From the NCBI GenBank assembly GCA_002269645.1, contig NIVC01003318.1, positions 1-64,000 of the forward strand: a stretch of 64,000 bases of DNA, read 5' to 3'. The notes beneath the pieces are model-generated. The model was not told the origin of the DNA, did not search any database, and saw only the letters and a list, made by a program, of their open reading frames with translations. Made by a program: the position numbers and the translations under genes. Below are positions 62,301 to 64,000 of this stretch, piece by piece. The stretch is from Macrostomum lignano. Its lineage: Eukaryota. Each line of letters opens with the position of its first letter. The first letter of the stretch is position 1.

Positions 62301-63080
62301 GAATCAGGACTGTGTCGAGATTCAATTGGTTTTATTATTGGCGCCTTTTTTCTCCATAGGCATCCCTGTGTATTAGCTTAGCAGTGAAATTCAATGAATT
62401 GCGAGCTTCTCTAGCAAGCAGTCGGGAGATCGGTAAATTTCAAACGCTAACTGTTCCTCGAGTTTTAAACTTTGAGAGGAGAAACTTATATTGCTGGAAA
62501 GATCTTGCAACGCTGAGTTCTGGGATATAAGTTGTTTGCTTTATATATGAAAATAAAAGCTTTTCATTGGGAAAACTATTCCCATACTTTTAACTTTTTG
62601 CAAAAATTGTAATCAGTTTTGCGAGACGTAATAGATAAAGTTGGGGGGAGGGTTCAACTTCTCACTGCTGCTGTGTATTGGAGGGTTGATTTAGATTGAC
62701 TGACTGACTGTGAAATCAGTTGCGCAATGAATTGATTCAATTAGTTCAATATTTTTATCAGTGCCTTTTAACACGAAGCTGTGCGCAGTTCTAACCCTAA
62801 CCCTAACCCTAACCCTAACCAATGAATCCGGAGAGTTGAGTTGTTTGACGGAAAAAAATCGATTGAGTCCAGTTTAGCGGAGACGATTTCAATGTTTTAA
62901 TTTTGACGGAGAGGATTTCTGTTTCGTGGAGAGGATTTCGATGGTGTTCAGTTTCACGGAGAGGATTTCGATGATGTCCAGTTTCACGGAGAGGATTTCG
63001 AAGGAGTCCAGTTTCACGAAGAGGATTTCGATGGTTTTGAGTTGCACGGACAGGATTTCTGCTTCGCGGAGAAGATCTTG
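59370..63080 (+). mobile_element. Head-to-tail array of three ~1.25-kb non-autonomous Helitron-like units (59370-60650, 60651-61876, 61877-~63080)
   Basis: Units start (TCC)TAATACTAAAACT plus a TG microsatellite. The first two end with hairpin CTTCTCC-GAA-GGAGGAG and CTCG; junction CTCG|TCC at 61876/61877. Each unit holds (TAACCC)n and a 30-bp subrepeat. Confidence 0.7.
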
Positions 63081-63099
63081 ATAGATTTGGCATCTTCAA

Positions 63100-64000
63100 T
63101 CAGTCAGAGAAGAGAGTAAAGAGAAGAATGAAAAGAGAAGAGAGATGAGATGATAGAAAACAGAGTAGAAATGAGTAGAGAAATTAGACATGACAGATGG
63201 GAGAGAAGAGGGGAGTAAGGCGGGAACGAAGGAGAGAGAAGAGAAGAGGAGAGAGGAGATGAAGAGAGAGGATATGAGAGAGGAGATATGAGATAGCAGA
63301 GAGGAGACAGGAGAGAGAAGAAAGGAGGGATAAGAGCGTACAGAGGCAATAGAAGAGAGGAAAGAGAGAAGAGAGGTGAGAGGTGAGAGGAGAGAGATGA
63401 AAGATCAGAGATCAGAGATTTAAGAGAAGAAAGTAGTGAGGAGAAAGAAGAGGGTAAAGATGAGAGTGCAGAGAGGAGAGAAACGAGAGGAGACAGGTGG
63501 TAGAAAGGAGTGTAAAAACAGCAGATAAGAAAGGGGAGGGTGAGAGTGAGAGCATATAGGAAAGTGTAAAAGGGGAGCAGAGGAGAGAGAATAGATAAGT
63601 GAGTAGAGAAGAGATATGAGAGAGGAAAGACGAGGGGAGAGAGGAGACAGGAGAGAGTAAATTTGAAAGACCTGGGAGAAGAGATAAATAAGATAGTACA
63701 GATGAGAGGAGAGAGAGAGGAGAGATGAGAGATGCAATGCGAAAAGAGATGAGTGAGAAAATAAGAGAGAGAAGAGATTAGAAATTAAAGAAGAGATGAG
63801 GGGAGATGAGAGGAGAGAAGAGAGAATGGAGAGGAGAGAAAAGAGAGGAGAGGAGACAGGCGATGCAGTAGAAAGGAGGGAAGAAAAATGGGAGATAAGA
63901 AAGGAGAGGTTGAGAGCGTATAAGAGATACGAGAAATGAGAGCAGAGAGAAGAGAGAAAAGGGAAGAGAGAAAGTAGAGCGGAGACGATAGATAAGTGAT
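63100..64000. repeat. GA-rich low-complexity tract
   Basis: Nearly pure purine strand, similar in style to the complement of 37370-38450. Confidence 0.9.

Noticed and set aside
60364-62820. Chromosome telomere from (TAACCC)n
   Set aside because: Only 3-5 units, internal to repeated elements.

Overview
Eukaryotic (invertebrate animal) genomic DNA: spliceosomal introns, microsatellites, SINEs, Helitrons and one 275-N gap. The style is compatible with a free-living flatworm such as Macrostomum, which is an inference only. Bases 1-9655 are the right part of an AT-rich Polinton/Maverick (adintovirus-like) endogenous virus. It carries a frameshifted fiber-like gene with discoidin and L-type lectin domains, small accessory ORFs, a protein-primed family B polymerase broken by frameshifts, and two ORFs with adenovirus pX/pVI-like amphipathic segments. 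Its terminus is unusual: an inner inverted copy of the AGTAGT end, then a 94-bp fold-back of what looks like the host target exon of a polycystin-1-like (PKD/REJ) gene. The rest is host DNA: a gene made of four copies of an unnamed ~100-aa domain, an intronless LRR membrane protein, two convergent orphan GPCR paralogs with different single introns, two tandem melatonin-receptor-like genes with a conversion-like tract, two GIY-YIG-like genes joined by a 183-bp inverted repeat, a peptide-type GPCR, the 5' ankyrin exons of a TRPA1-like gene, a truncated LINE with a 12-bp TSD, and a head-to-tail Helitron array. Many single-base frameshifts may be long-read assembly errors. All protein assignments come from motif recognition by eye; no database searches were run.
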